A stretch of DNA of 64,000 bases from Spirochaetia bacterium (GTDB lineage Bacteria > Spirochaetota > Spirochaetia > SZUA-6 > Bin103), in contig CBDBDQ010000005.1 in assembly GCA_965203905.1 (NCBI GenBank), positions 7,648,001-7,712,000 of the forward strand, in the 5' to 3' direction. Positions 51,318-61,911 of the stretch are shown here, piece by piece (within the stretch, counting starts at the first letter, position 1; each line of letters starts with the position of its first letter). The notes beneath the pieces are model-generated. The model searched no databases. It saw only the letters and a list, made by a program, of their open reading frames with translations, and was not told where the DNA came from. Both the position numbers and the translations under genes were made by a program.

Positions 51318-52265
51318 CTACCAGATCCCGTATTCCGAGAAGCGGTTCACGATGGCGTTGGTGAACAGCAGCATCAGCAGGCCGAGCACGTTCTTGAACA
51401 GGCCGATGGCGGTGGAGTAGCTGTAGTCGAACTCGACCAGCCCGATGCGGTACACGTAGGTGTCGATGATGTCGCCCACCTCGTAGGTGATCGGGTTGTA
51501 CAGGTTGAAGATCTCCTCGAAGCCGGCGTTCATCAGGAACCCGACGCGCAGGATGAACAGGATCACGATCACCGGCGCCAGCGAGGGCAGCGTGATGGAG
51601 ATGGCCTGCCGGAAGCGCCCGGCGCCGTCCACGGTGGCCGCCTCGTACAGTTGCGGGTCGATGGAGGAGATGGCGGCCAGGTAGATGATCGAGCCCCAGC
51701 CCACGTCCTTCCAGATGTTGGCCACCACGATCATCGGGCGGAAGAAGCCCGGCTCGATCATGAAGTTGACCGGCTCCATGCCGAGCATGATCAGGAAGTA
51801 GTTGACCACCCCGCTGGTGGGCGACAGGAGCTGGCGGATCAGGGCGGCGATCACCACCCAACTGATGAAGTGCGGCAGGTAGGAGATGGTCTGCACCACC
51901 TTCTTGAAGTGGGTCGCACGCACCTCGTTGAGCAGCAGCGCCAGGATGATCGGCGCGGGAAAGCCGAAGATGATCTTGTAGAACGAGATCAGCAGCGTGT
52001 TGCGGAACACGTTCAGGAACTGCGGGCTGCGGAACAGGCGCTCGAAGTTGTCCAGCCCCACCCAGGGGCTGCCGATGATGCCCTCCAGGATGCGGTACTT
52101 CTTGAACGCGATGATCACCCCGTACATCGGGTAGTACTCGAAGATCAGGAACCAGGCGACGGCCGGCAGCAGCATGATGAGCAGGCCGCGGTACAGGAGC
52201 ATGGACCGCCACAGCCCGCGCTTGGCGAGATCTCCGCTCCCGGTTGCCGATTGGACGCCACCCAC
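51318..52265 (-). CDS. Carbohydrate ABC permease (LplB-like)
   Basis: YLPHFISWV, LYEAATVDGA, IDTYVY. Confidence 0.92.
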   Translation of the reverse strand: MGGVQSATGSGDLAKRGLWRSMLLYRGLLIMLLPAVAWFLIFEYYPMYGVIIAFKKYRILEGIIGSPWVGLDNFERLFRSPQFLNVFRNTLLISFYKIIFGFPAPIILALLLNEVRATHFKKVVQTISYLPHFISWVVIAALIRQLLSPTSGVVNYFLIMLGMEPVNFMIEPGFFRPMIVVANIWKDVGWGSIIYLAAISSIDPQLYEAATVDGAGRFRQAISITLPSLAPVIVILFILRVGFLMNAGFEEIFNLYNPITYEVGDIIDTYVYRIGLVEFDYSYSTAIGLFKNVLGLLMLLFTNAIVNRFSEYGIW

Positions 52266-52353
52266 CGCTTCGCCGCTCCGGACGCGACATTATCACACTG
52301 AGGGAAGGTGGTGTAGGGCTGCGCCGCTGCCACCAGACGCCCCATGAGCCGGA

Positions 52354-52384
52354 TGAGCTTGACCGGTGCGGACCGGTCAGCTCA
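52354..52384. other. Strong hairpin / palindrome between divergent genes
   Basis: TGAGCTTGACCGGT-GCGG-ACCGGTCAGCTCA. Confidence 0.55.
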
Positions 52385-52467
52385 CAGGAAGCGAAGGTCG
52401 TCCAAATTGTCCGAGGTATTGGCGATTGACGGCGCGAAGCGCCATACTGCTCCAAGGAGTCCGCCGA

Positions 52468-52695
52468 ATGAGCGATGTCAGAATCGAGACGAACCCCGAA
52501 GTGATGCTGGGGAAACCGGTGATCCGAGGTACCCGCGTTACCGTCGAACTCCTCCTGCGAAAGCTGAGCGAGGGGGCGTCCGAGGACGACCTCCTCGACG
52601 CCTACCCTCGCATCACGCGGGAGGATGTGCTTGCCGCCGTGGGCTTCGCCGCCGAAACGCTGGCCAACGACGAAACCGTACCGTCAAAACCGTAG
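52468..52695 (+). CDS. DUF433 domain protein (putative antitoxin)
   Basis: NPEVMLGKPVIRGTRVTVE...YPRITREDV; AAGGAG RBS. Confidence 0.88.
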   Translation: MSDVRIETNPEVMLGKPVIRGTRVTVELLLRKLSEGASEDDLLDAYPRITREDVLAAVGFAAETLANDETVPSKP

Positions 52696-52701
52696 CACAA
52701 C

Positions 52702-53547
52702 TCAAGTGGCGGTGGTCAGGCGCTCGTACTCGATTTCGGATGAGCGCTTGACGCCGTGCTGCTCGGCCCACTCCTGCAGCGCCCACGCGTCGACGATCGT
52801 GCTCGGGTGCTTGTGGCCGCCGACGAGCTGGCGCGCGATCGGGTCGGTTACCCTCGCCAACAGCGCATCCGACTGCACGTCGTAGTCGAGTGGACTGATC
52901 CAGGCGTAGCAGTATCCCATCATCAGGCACTTCCTCGGCTGGTCGGTGCGGTTGATCCCAATGCGATGGAACGTCCGGCTCTCGAACAGGAACGCGTCAC
53001 CGGCCCGCATCTCCAATTCCACCACACCCTCCGGGTCGGTCCGTCCCTCCGGTATCTCCAGATGCCGCGTGTAGTTGTTGCTGCCCGGCACCAGGATCGT
53101 GTTGCCGCTGAGCGGACTGGTGTCGGTGAGCTGATAGCAGACCTTGATCATCATCCGCGGGTAGCGGTGCGGGCCGAGGTCGAACGGGCTCTCCCAGAAG
53201 TCGCGGTGCCAGTTGGGCGGCGGATCGAGGTCGGGAGGATCCGGGTAGTTGTAGATGAGGTGCGACTTGGCCAAGTGAATGTCGTAGCTCAGGAGCTGGA
53301 CCACCAGCGGAACGGTGGTTTCCCAGGTGAGCAGGGACAGGAACACGTCGTCCCGGGGCAGCACGTTGTCGAGGCTGGTGCGCCGGGAGCCGCTGTTGGG
53401 GTGTTTCTCGGCGTGCTCATCCGCAATCCGGTCGCATGCCGCCGTGACACGCCGCAGCATGTCGCCGTCGAGCGCATCGCGCACCAGCAGGTACCCGTTG
53501 CGGTCGAAGAACTCGCGCTGCTCGTCTGCAAGTCTGGTGAACTTCAT
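52702..53547 (-). CDS. PhyH-family dioxygenase
   Basis: FFDRNGY, WHRD, VPGS, TFH. Confidence 0.85.
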   Translation of the reverse strand: MKFTRLADEQREFFDRNGYLLVRDALDGDMLRRVTAACDRIADEHAEKHPNSGSRRTSLDNVLPRDDVFLSLLTWETTVPLVVQLLSYDIHLAKSHLIYNYPDPPDLDPPPNWHRDFWESPFDLGPHRYPRMMIKVCYQLTDTSPLSGNTILVPGSNNYTRHLEIPEGRTDPEGVVELEMRAGDAFLFESRTFHRIGINRTDQPRKCLMMGYCYAWISPLDYDVQSDALLARVTDPIARQLVGGHKHPSTIVDAWALQEWAEQHGVKRSSEIEYERLTTAT

Positions 53548-53730
53548 GTGCCTCCCTTTGTCCCTTGATCACGCCGCGGCGTCAAGTATGCGCCTCCACC
53601 AACCGCCCGCGCTCAACCCCGCATCCGCCGCATCCGCCGTTGCCGCCGGCGTTCGCCGCACCCGCCCCGCCCGCTCGGCAACCGTCCGCGATCTGACAGT
53701 CAGCGGTGCACCTGCTACCCTGGCCCGCAC

Positions 53731-54774
53731 ATGAGAGCGGCGCTCACGTTCGGACCCGGCGACATTCGCGTGCAATCGATGGCCGACCCCGCGCCGGATG
53801 CCGGCGAGGTGCTGGTGAAGGTGGGCGGCTGCGGCATCTGCGGCGGCGATTACAGCGCCCACAAGCCGCGCACCGACCGGACCGCGGAACGCCGCGAGCC
53901 AACGGTTGCCGGCCATGAGGTCGCGGGTACGGTCGCTGCCTGCGGCGCCGGTGTGCGTGGGCTGCCGGCCGGCACACGGGTGGCGGTGAGCCCGAACCGG
54001 CCGTGCGGACGCTGCCCGCCCTGCCGCCGGGGCATGGCCCACCTGTGCGAGGACCGCCTCCCCCACCCCGGCCACAAGGGCGGCGGATTCGCGGAGTACA
54101 CCGCCGTCTTTCCGCAGCAGTGCTACCCGATCGGCACCGGCACCGGCATGATCGAGGCCGCGGTCGCCGAACCGCTCGCCTGCTGCCTGCACTCGCTCGC
54201 CCGCGTTCGCGTGCGGCAGGGAGACTGCGTGGCCATCCTCGGCGGCGGCCTGAACGCCCAGTTGTTCCTGCAGTTGGCCCGCCTGCAGGGCGCCCGGCGG
54301 GTGGTCCTGATCGACAGCATCGAGGAGCGGTTGCGGATGGCGGCGACCCTCGGCGCCGACGAGGTGATCGACTCCTCTGCCGTACCGCTCGCCGAGATCG
54401 GTGGCCGGTTCCCGGACGGCGCCGACGTGGTAATCAACACCCGCGGCTCGATGGAGTTCACTTCGCTGGCGTTCCGGCTGTGCGCCATCGGCGCGCGGCT
54501 GTTGTGTTACGGCGTCGCGGGAGCCGGCAAGACGGTTCCGATCGAGCCGCACGTCATCTGGCGCAAGGAGATCCAGTTGATCGGCGGTCGCTCGTTCAAC
54601 AACACGTTCGGCGCCGCCGTCGACCTGATCGACTCGCGCCGCATCCGGGTAGCCCCCCTGGTCACCCGCACCGTGAACCTGCAGCGCTACGCCGAAGTGG
54701 TCACCTCCCCCTCCGGCACCCACATCAAAACCGTCGTGGTCCCCGACCAGACGCAGCCGGAACAGAAACCGTAA
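53731..54774 (+). CDS. Zinc-dependent alcohol/polyol dehydrogenase
   Basis: GICGGD, GHE, CGRCPPC...C, GGFAEY, EPLAC. Confidence 0.9.
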   Translation: MRAALTFGPGDIRVQSMADPAPDAGEVLVKVGGCGICGGDYSAHKPRTDRTAERREPTVAGHEVAGTVAACGAGVRGLPAGTRVAVSPNRPCGRCPPCRRGMAHLCEDRLPHPGHKGGGFAEYTAVFPQQCYPIGTGTGMIEAAVAEPLACCLHSLARVRVRQGDCVAILGGGLNAQLFLQLARLQGARRVVLIDSIEERLRMAATLGADEVIDSSAVPLAEIGGRFPDGADVVINTRGSMEFTSLAFRLCAIGARLLCYGVAGAGKTVPIEPHVIWRKEIQLIGGRSFNNTFGAAVDLIDSRRIRVAPLVTRTVNLQRYAEVVTSPSGTHIKTVVVPDQTQPEQKP

Positions 54775-54782
54775 CTCAAGCG

Positions 54783-56430
54783 CTACGGCATATGTGCGGA
54801 CTCGCCCCAGTGCCAGTGGGGCTGGTCGACGCGGTAGCTGTGGTAGCTCATGGCCGGCTTCCAGTGCGGCCACTCCAGTTCGACGCCGTCCCGCTCCAGG
54901 CGGTTCTGCAGGGCGAACAGGAGGCCGACATCGGCACGGACGGCGCGCGGGAGGACGCCGCGGTCCAGGCAGAAGGCGGCCAGGTGGCCGGCGGCCTCGC
55001 CGGTCGACCACTCGTTGGGGTGCAGCCGGAAGCAACCGTTGGTGACGTGGGTGGCGCCGATGTTCTTGCACGCCGGCAGCAGGTTGTCGACCCGCACCGG
55101 CAGCAGCGCCCCGAGCGGCAACTGTTGCGGCCAGTGCTTGCCGTGCAGACTCAGCGTGTAGCTCTGCCCCGCCGGGTGCGGCTCGTGCACGTCGATGCGA
55201 TACCCGCCCACCGCCACCGCGTCGGCAAACCGCTCCGGCGCCGCCTCCCGGCCCGGCTGCTCGCGATGGAACGAGCGCTCGGTCACCGTGTACGCGGCAC
55301 GGATGCGGCGCGACTCGCGGACGTAGGGCTGCACGGCGAGTCCATCAGGCGTATCGAACACGTCCGGCCGCGGCCTGATGCCGGGAAAGCCGCGCCCGCC
55401 GCGGTAGCCGGGCTCGATCTCGGTCTGCACGAAGTGCACCAGCGACAGACTCATGAGGCGCGCCGCCTCGCGGTGGACGGCGGCATCCTGCTCCGGGACG
55501 CCGCACAGCACGCCGCCGCGGTACTCATTGCCGCTCATCAGCATGGTCACGTCGGAATCGACGGTGCCGGGCAGGAAGTTGGCCGCGCACAGCACGCGGC
55601 GGAAGTTCCAGATGCAGAACTCGTAGCGCTCTGAAGGATCGTCATTCGGCGCAGCGAACAGGCGGCGCTGCTTCAGCTCGGGATCGTCCGAAACGCCAAC
55701 CAGGGAGGCGAACCCGGCGCGGAACCGGTCGTATTCCGGCGGACGCTCGATGGTGTGGTCTTCGCCGGGCCGGTAGTCGACCGCCACCAGGTGAGTAAAG
55801 CCCTGTTGCCGGAGCGGATCCGCCCGCTCCAGCGCGGTCGGCTCACCGGTCTCGGCCCGCGCCTCGGCGCCGATCACGTGCTCGACGCCGCCCAGCTCCA
55901 ACAGCTCGCCCAGCTCGGTGGCGTCCAGCACGTAGTTGGCCGCTACGGTCAACAGACCATCGCCGCGAGTTGACTCGAGCGTGACCGCGCGCACCAGGTC
56001 GCCGGCGCACTCCACGGCCACCGGCCTGTGATGCAGTACCAGCAGAATGCGCCCGGCCGACACCCACGGCGCCAGCAACTCCTCCAGCACGGCACGCCCC
56101 ACCTTGGGCTCGAAGCACAGCGCCGACACCCAGGCCGGCGCCGGGGTTGAATGCCCGGTCGGCGCGCGACTCCGCGGTAAGCGGATAGTTGCGCCGGTAG
56201 TATGCGCGCACCGAGCGCCGGAACTGCCGGTAGCTCTCGCTCGATCCGTAGCGCTCGATCCACGGGTGCTCGTCCAGCGGCACCCCCTGGGCGGTGGCCT
56301 GGCCGCCGATCCACCCCGTTTCCTCGGTCAGCACCACCCGCCGCCCGGCGCGCGCCGCCGCCAGCGCCGCCGACACCCCGCCGAAGCTGCCCCCCACAAT
56401 CAGAATCTCCGTATCCCACTCCCGGTGCAT
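54783..56430 (-). CDS. FAD-dependent oxidoreductase (frameshift near 56135)
   Basis: GGSFGG, GGQAT, DATELG, PYVRESRR, KNIG..H, RLHP.EW across two frames. Confidence 0.82.
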
Positions 56431-56519
56431 CGCAACCCTTCAGCGGTATTCCTGTCCCGGCAACGACCGTCCGTGGCGCGCCGCGTTGCCGGGAAGCGTC
56501 TCAACCCCCGTTGGCTCCG

Positions 56520-56661
56520 AGGTGTCCACCGCGGTATCCGCACAATCGCGGACGCGCGCCAAGTAGGCATCCACCGTCTCGCCGTGTGGCAACCGGCCGC
56601 GCCCCCGCCACTTGAGCAACGGATCGTCGGCTGCGCGCTTCGGTACGACCAGTTCGGACAC
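56520..56661 (-). pseudogene. Remnant VapBC: antitoxin C-terminus plus toxin start (TAVDTS)
   Basis: DPLLKWRGRG...VDAYLARVRD followed by TAVDTS. Confidence 0.45.
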
Positions 56662-56673
56662 TCCCCCTCCTGC

Positions 56674-57105
56674 CTATGCCGGAGCCTGCACGGCGATGCT
56701 CGGTGCGAACGCTTCGTAGTGGCGTACGTTCCAGGTGATGATCGTGGAGGCTTCGGCCTTCAACGCGGCCAGCGCGATGAGCACGTCGTACATCTGCCCG
56801 CCGTTCATGGCGCGCCGCTGCGCTTCCCGCAGTGCGCTCCACATCTCGGCGCCAGTCAGTTGCACGGTCGGCGTGTCGCGCCAGTTGCTCTCGATCAAGG
56901 CGATGGCATCATTCGCCCGGAGCCGATGCGGCGCCGGCAACCGCGTCAGCACGGCATACGTCTCGGCCAGAGAATGGGCCGAGATCACCAGCTCCTCTTT
57001 GCCGCGCTTGCGACGCTCCATCTCGACGCATGTCCGATCGTGATGCTCGTGCCACGAACTCACCGCCGCGACCAGGGCACTCGTATCGCAAAGATAGCGG
57101 CTCAC
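56674..57105 (-). CDS. vapC: VapC PIN-domain toxin
   Basis: DTSALV, AETYAVLTR, YDVLIA, TWNVRH. Confidence 0.88.
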   Translation of the reverse strand: MSRYLCDTSALVAAVSSWHEHHDRTCVEMERRKRGKEELVISAHSLAETYAVLTRLPAPHRLRANDAIALIESNWRDTPTVQLTGAEMWSALREAQRRAMNGGQMYDVLIALAALKAEASTIITWNVRHYEAFAPSIAVQAPA

Positions 57106-57374
57106 TCCGCGGGTTCCTGCTCCCCGGGCCCGTCGCGTAGCTGGGCGAGGGTCTCGTCGACGTCCGCCGCGCGCATGACCGGCTGGTCCGCCTCGGGCAC
57201 CGCGACCACGAGCGAGCCGCGGCGCTGCAGCGAGACGGCCAGCGGGACGGGCTCGATCTCCACGTGGCCGCCCTGCACGCGAAACTCGACCTCCGTGCCG
57301 GGGCGCAGATTGGCGGCTTCACGTATCGGCTTCGGCACAACGACACGGCCGGCACGATCAATGGTAGAGCGCAT
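57102..57374 (-). CDS. vapB: AbrB/MazE-type antitoxin
   Basis: MRSTIDRAGRVVVPKPIRE; 4-nt overlap with vapC. Confidence 0.88.
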   Translation of the reverse strand: MRSTIDRAGRVVVPKPIREAANLRPGTEVEFRVQGGHVEIEPVPLAVSLQRRGSLVVAVPEADQPVMRAADVDETLAQLRDGPGEQEPAE

Positions 57375-57456
57375 GCCAGTCTTGGTACCACGAGCTACCC
57401 CATTACGCAAGCGGTAACCATGCGTCCGTGTAGTGAGCGTCGTGAGCGCTCTTGAT

Positions 57457-57484
57457 TTGCACGGATATCGTGCACACGTATAAT
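57457..57484 (+). promoter_or_regulatory. Promoter with overlapping operator palindrome; probably leaderless transcript
   Basis: TTGCAC-16-TATAAT; TGCACG-N5-CGTGCA; ATG 6 nt after the -10. Confidence 0.6.
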
Positions 57485-57490
57485 GTGGTC

Positions 57491-57718
57491 ATGAACCTTA
57501 CCCTGTCGGTCGACGAACAGATCGTGGAGCGGGCCCGGACCACCGCGGCCGCGATGGGTATCAGTCTGAACCAGGCGGTGCGAGACTATCTTGGCGAGCT
57601 GGCCGGGCAGTCGTCGCCGGAAGCGGACATCGCGGAAATCGAGCACCTGTCACTGGTCGCGCGCGGCGACCGTCGCGGCTGGCGCTTCGACCGCGAGCAA
57701 CTGCACGAGCGTGCGTAG
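57491..57718 (+). CDS. RHH-type (DUF6364-like) antitoxin
   Basis: MNLTLSVDEQIVERAR...SLNQAVRDYL...FDREQLHER. Confidence 0.82.
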   Translation: MNLTLSVDEQIVERARTTAAAMGISLNQAVRDYLGELAGQSSPEADIAEIEHLSLVARGDRRGWRFDREQLHERA

Positions 57719-58122
57719 CTTCTTCGACACCAACGTCCTCGCGTACACCGATGACGCCGGCGAGCCGGAGAAACAGGCTGCGGCGCTGAAGCTTCACGCC
57801 GCCGCCCACCGGCGCGGCCACGCCGTCGTCTCCACGCAGGTCTTGCAGGAATACTTCGTCACGACCACGCGAAAGATGGGGGTCGATCCGGTTGTTGCAC
57901 GCCGCAAGCTGGAGCTGTTCGCCCGCATGAACGTGGTGGTGAACCAGGTCGACGACGTCATCGCCGCCGTCGATCTCGCCCCGGCTCCATTCCCTGTCGT
58001 TCTGGGACGCGCTGATCGTGGGCGCCGCTCAGCGCGCGGAATGCCGCGTGCTCTACTCGGAGGACATGCAGCACGGCTGGAAGCTGGACGGCCTGGAGAT
58101 CATCGATCCGTTCATCGCCTGA
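57711..58122 (+). CDS. PIN-domain toxin (frameshift near 57980)
   Basis: FFDTNVL, STQVLQE, SFWDALIV, LYSEDMQ, IIDPF. Confidence 0.8.
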
Positions 58123-58139
58123 CGGTTCCGTACCCTCTC

Positions 58140-58176
58140 TTGAACATACGTATGATCTCTTCTATTCTGGTACGTA
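58140..58176 (+). promoter_or_regulatory. Promoter with TACGTA operator palindromes
   Basis: TTGAAC-17-TATTCT; CATACGTATG and a second TACGTA. Confidence 0.5.
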
Positions 58177-58182
58177 TAAGTC

Positions 58183-58457
58183 ATGGGCACGAAACTCACC
58201 CTGAGCATCGACGGCGCGGTGGTCCGGCAGGCCAAGGCGTTCGCGAGACAGCGCCGCAAGAGCCTGTCGAGGCTCGTTGAGGAGTATCTGCGATTCGTCA
58301 GCGCCGATGCCGGGCACGCGCCGCCGATCAGCAACCGAGTCCTCGCGGTCGCCGGAGACGCTCGAGATGCCGCCCGGCTGTTTCGGGCGACGACCTGCGG
58401 GAGCAGTACCTGCGCGAGAAGCTGCTCGGGGGTGGCGGTGCACCGGATCCTGATTGA
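58183..58457 (+). CDS. RHH-type (DUF6364-like) antitoxin (frameshift fuses it to the toxin in this assembly)
   Basis: MGTKLTLSIDGAVVRQAK...SLSRLVEEYL; natural end DDLREQYLREKL lies in another frame. Confidence 0.72.
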
Positions 58458-58908
58458 CTCCGACGTCATTCTCGACCTGTTCATTGCGCGCGAGCCGCAC
58501 CACACGATCGCCCTGCACTTCTTCTCCCGCATCGAGATGGAGAGTGGCGTCACCACCGCGACGGCGTCTCCCGTTGCACTGGCCAACGTCGCCTACATCC
58601 TGACCAAGCTCAAGGACCGCACCTTCGCGGTGCACAAGCTGCGCGAGCTCAGAACGCTGATTGGAGTGTCTCCCATCAGTCAGGCTGCCGTCGACCGCGC
58701 CCTGGCACGCCCGCATCGCGACTTCGAGGACGCCCTGCAGCGGGAGTGTGCGCTCGACAACGGGATCGCCATTCTCGTGACCCGCAACACGCGAGACCAT
58801 CCCAGGGCCGCGCTCGAGATTCATACCCCGGCCGATTTCATGCGCCTGCGCGCCGCCGAGCATGCCGTGGAGACAGGCCAAGACCATCATCCAGCAACAC
58901 CCGTTTGA
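58438..58908 (+). CDS. PIN-domain toxin
   Basis: ILIDSDVILD, DFEDALQ, LVTRNTRD. Confidence 0.82.
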   Translation: MHRILIDSDVILDLFIAREPHHTIALHFFSRIEMESGVTTATASPVALANVAYILTKLKDRTFAVHKLRELRTLIGVSPISQAAVDRALARPHRDFEDALQRECALDNGIAILVTRNTRDHPRAALEIHTPADFMRLRAAEHAVETGQDHHPATPV

Positions 58909-59008
58909 TGCCCGAACGTGCGACCAGTAGCGCGCTTGACGATGGCCTTGAACGTGTTGCGTTGCACCCGATCCCGATCGAGCTCTGTGCCCGGCGCTGC
59001 GCGACGCC

Positions 59009-59389
59009 GTGGGGCCCGACGTCGACCTGATCTACGACGCGGTGTTCGCGCATACCCGGCAGGAGGCGCTGGCGGTGGGCCGCGAACTGGAACGGCTGGG
59101 CTACTTCTGGTACGAGGCGCCGCTGCCACCTGACGACATCGAGGGCTACGTCGACCTGCGCAGCCGCGTGGACGTGCCGCTGACGGTCGAGTTGATCTAC
59201 GCCACCCAGTACCGGGAGTACGTGCGGCGCCAGGCGGTGACCTACCTGCGCACGCTGTCCGGCATCCGCGGCGGGCATCACCGAGATGCGCAAGGCGGCG
59301 GCGGCTTCGTCCACGGCCCCCGCCGCCCCGGCCTGGGCCTGCCGATCGACTGGGAGCAGGTCGCCGCCGGCACCGAACTGGAAATCTGA
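59009..59389 (+). pseudogene. Mandelate racemase/enolase superfamily fragment
   Basis: LIYDA, WYEAPL, PGLGL.IDW; N-terminus absent, internal deletion. Confidence 0.7.
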
Positions 59390-59537
59390 CCCGTTCAGTC
59401 TATGCGCCAGAGAGCGCAAGTGCCGCATTGTTGACGGCTCGCGGGGTCGCCGGGCCAAGCCTGCCGTGTAGCATGATACACCTCCACGAAAAGGCGCAGG
59501 GCCAACCCCCCAAGCGTCGTCAACGAGGGTCGCAACC

Positions 59538-61119
59538 ATGCGTTCGTTCAACACTGCCGGTCCCGTCAAGCCCGCCAAGCACTATTGCATCCCGCCGCTT
59601 GAGCGCATCGACCTGGACGAGGTCCTCGGGCTGGTGCGAGACGAGCAGTACTTCGTGCTGCACGCGCCGCGGCAGACCGGCAAGACGTCGGCGCTACTGG
59701 CGCTGGCCGAGGTGCTGAACCGGCGCGGCTACCGGTGCCTGTACGTTACCGTCGAAACCGCCCGCACCGCGCGCGACGACGTGCAGCGGGCGATGCGCAC
59801 GGTGCTCGTAAGGCTGGCCTCGCAGGCGCGGGCGACGCTGGACGACGGCTTCCTGGACGACATCTGGCCGGACATTCTGGCGCGCATCGGTCCGGACGAG
59901 GCACTGGGTGAAGCGCTCTCTCGTTGGGCGCAGGCATCGCCCGGACCGCTGGTGCTGCTGATCGACGAGATCGACACCCTCGTCGGCGATTCGCTGCTGT
60001 CGGTGCTCCAGCAGCTCCGCGCCGGCTACCCAACGCGCCCGGAGCGCTTCCCGCACAGCGTGGTCCTGTGCGGCATGCGCGACCTGCGCGACTACCGCAT
60101 GGGCGCTGCCGGCAGCCCGTTCAACATCGCCGCCGCGTCGCTGCGGCTGGGCGACTTCACGCGCGAGCAGACGCAAGCGCTGCTGCGCCAGCACACCGAG
60201 CAGACCGGCCAGGCGTTCGCACCCGAGGCGCTGGAGGCGGTGTGGACGCAGACGTGCGGCCAGCCGTGGCTGGTGAACGCGCTGGCGTACAGGACGTGCT
60301 TCAAGAAGAGGGAACTGCGGGAAGATCGCTCGCGCACGGTGACCGCGGGATGACATTGCGGCGGTGCGCGAGGAGCTGATCGTGAACCGCGTGACGCACC
60401 TGGACTACCTGGCGGACAAGCTGCGCGAGGACCGCGTGCGGCGGGTGATCGAGCCGATGCTGAGCGGCACGCACACGCACGCCTTCACCGACCGCGACAT
60501 CGGGTACGCGCGCGACCTCGGGCTGCTGGCCCGCGACGCGCCGCTGCGGGTGGCCAACCCGATCTATGCCGAAGTGCTGCCGCGCGAACTGGCGTGGGTG
60601 GCGCAGGAGACGCTGGATCTGCCGCCGCCGCGGTACTTGAAGGCGGACGGCAGCCTGGACGCGGAGTTGCTGATGGCGGAGTTCCAGGACTTCTTCCGCC
60701 GCCACTCCGAGCACTGGCGTAACCGCTTCGCGTACGAGGAGGCGTGGCCGCAGTTGCTGCTGCAGGCATACCTGCAGCGGGTGGTGAACGGCGGCGGGCC
60801 GCATCGAGCGGGAGTACGCTCTGGGGAGCGGGCGGGTCGACCTGCTGATCGTGTGGCCGCTGGCGGACCGGGTGCAGGAGTTCGTGGTGGAGTGCAAGGT
60901 GGTGCGCGAGCACGACGGGCCCGAGCGCGTGGTGGACGAGGGCGTGGAGCAGACGGCGCGCTACGTGGACCGCTGCGCGGCGGAGGCCGGGCACCTGGTG
61001 GTGATCGACCGGCGCGAGAACCGGAGCTGGGAGGAGAAGATCTCCCGCACGCGGCGCCGCTCGGCGCACCTGCGACGCGGCGGCGGCGCCGTGCCGGTCG
61101 CGGTGTGTGGGGGATGTGA
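59538..61119 (+). CDS. AAA ATPase with C-terminal PD-(D/E)XK-like domain (2-3 frameshifts)
   Basis: FNTAGP, APRQTGKT, LIDEID, SPFNI, GQPWLVN, VANPIY, GRVDL, VVECK. Confidence 0.82.
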
Positions 61120-61131
61120 GTCGGCGACGGA

Positions 61132-61397
61132 GTGGGGCGGTCGGTCGCCATCATCGGCCTGCAGACAGGCTGCAGGGCTCATCCGCCCGGTATCCTCTTG
61201 GTACCGACCAGTTGGGGCGAGACCTCTTGACCCGTCTTATCTCGAGCAGGTCGCGCTAGGCATCGCCGAACAGGTTGACTCCGAAAACGACAATGACCAG
61301 GCTGCGGGCCGGGCTTACGCCTTGAGCCCCGTCAAGGCGATGCCCCGGACAAAGTACTTCTGGGCGAACAGGAAGACGACGAGTATCGGTATGACCG
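61132..61397. pseudogene. Mosaic of ABC permease scraps
   Basis: Plus strand GRSVAIIGL (dppB) joined to ADRLQGSSARYPLGTDQLGRDLLTRLI (dppC); minus strand VNLFGDA*RDLL (dppC) and AQKYFVRGIALTGLKA* (sugar permease). Confidence 0.7.
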
Positions 61398-61554
61398 CGA
61401 CACTCGCCTGCCCACTGGCAACATGACAGATAGCCCGTTCGGCTGCTACCTTCACGATACAGACAGGGGTCGAAGCGCGGTGCGTGGCGGAGGCCGGTAT
61501 GGCATCCGTGACCGTCGCCCCGACCAAGGATCGGTTCCTGCCCGGGGAGGTCAG

Positions 61555-61908
61555 GTGCGCAAGAGTCATACCGCGGCCATGGAGATCTTCGCCGCCAAGG
61601 CCAACGGGCCGGTGGCGGACCGAGCCGTACGAGGCCGGCTGGGCGCGCGAGGCGTTGGCGGTGATCTACTGCCACGAGGCGCACGGGCCGGCGCCGCGGC
61701 TGGAACTGCGCGCCCAGATCTCCGCGGACGGGGTGCGCTGGATCCGACTTCGGGCGCACGCTACCGGTCATCGGCGAGCCGGGCGGCTACTTCCTGAACC
61801 TGGACGGCTTCGGCAACTGGCTGCGCCTGGCGGGCACGGTCAGCGGCGGCCCGACCGACGGATCGGCCCGCCGTGGTGGTGGACATCTACTGGGTGTTGA
61901 AGGAGTAA
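61555..61908 (+). CDS. DUF6385-like hypothetical protein (frameshifted)
   Basis: GGAGG RBS; TEPYEAGWAREA, QISADG, FGNWLRL, YWVLKE* spread over several frames; family name from recall. Confidence 0.55.
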
Positions 61909-61911
61909 GCG

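Noticed and set aside
53570-53730. CCGC-rich repeats between divergent genes
   Set aside because: Low complexity with no regular period.
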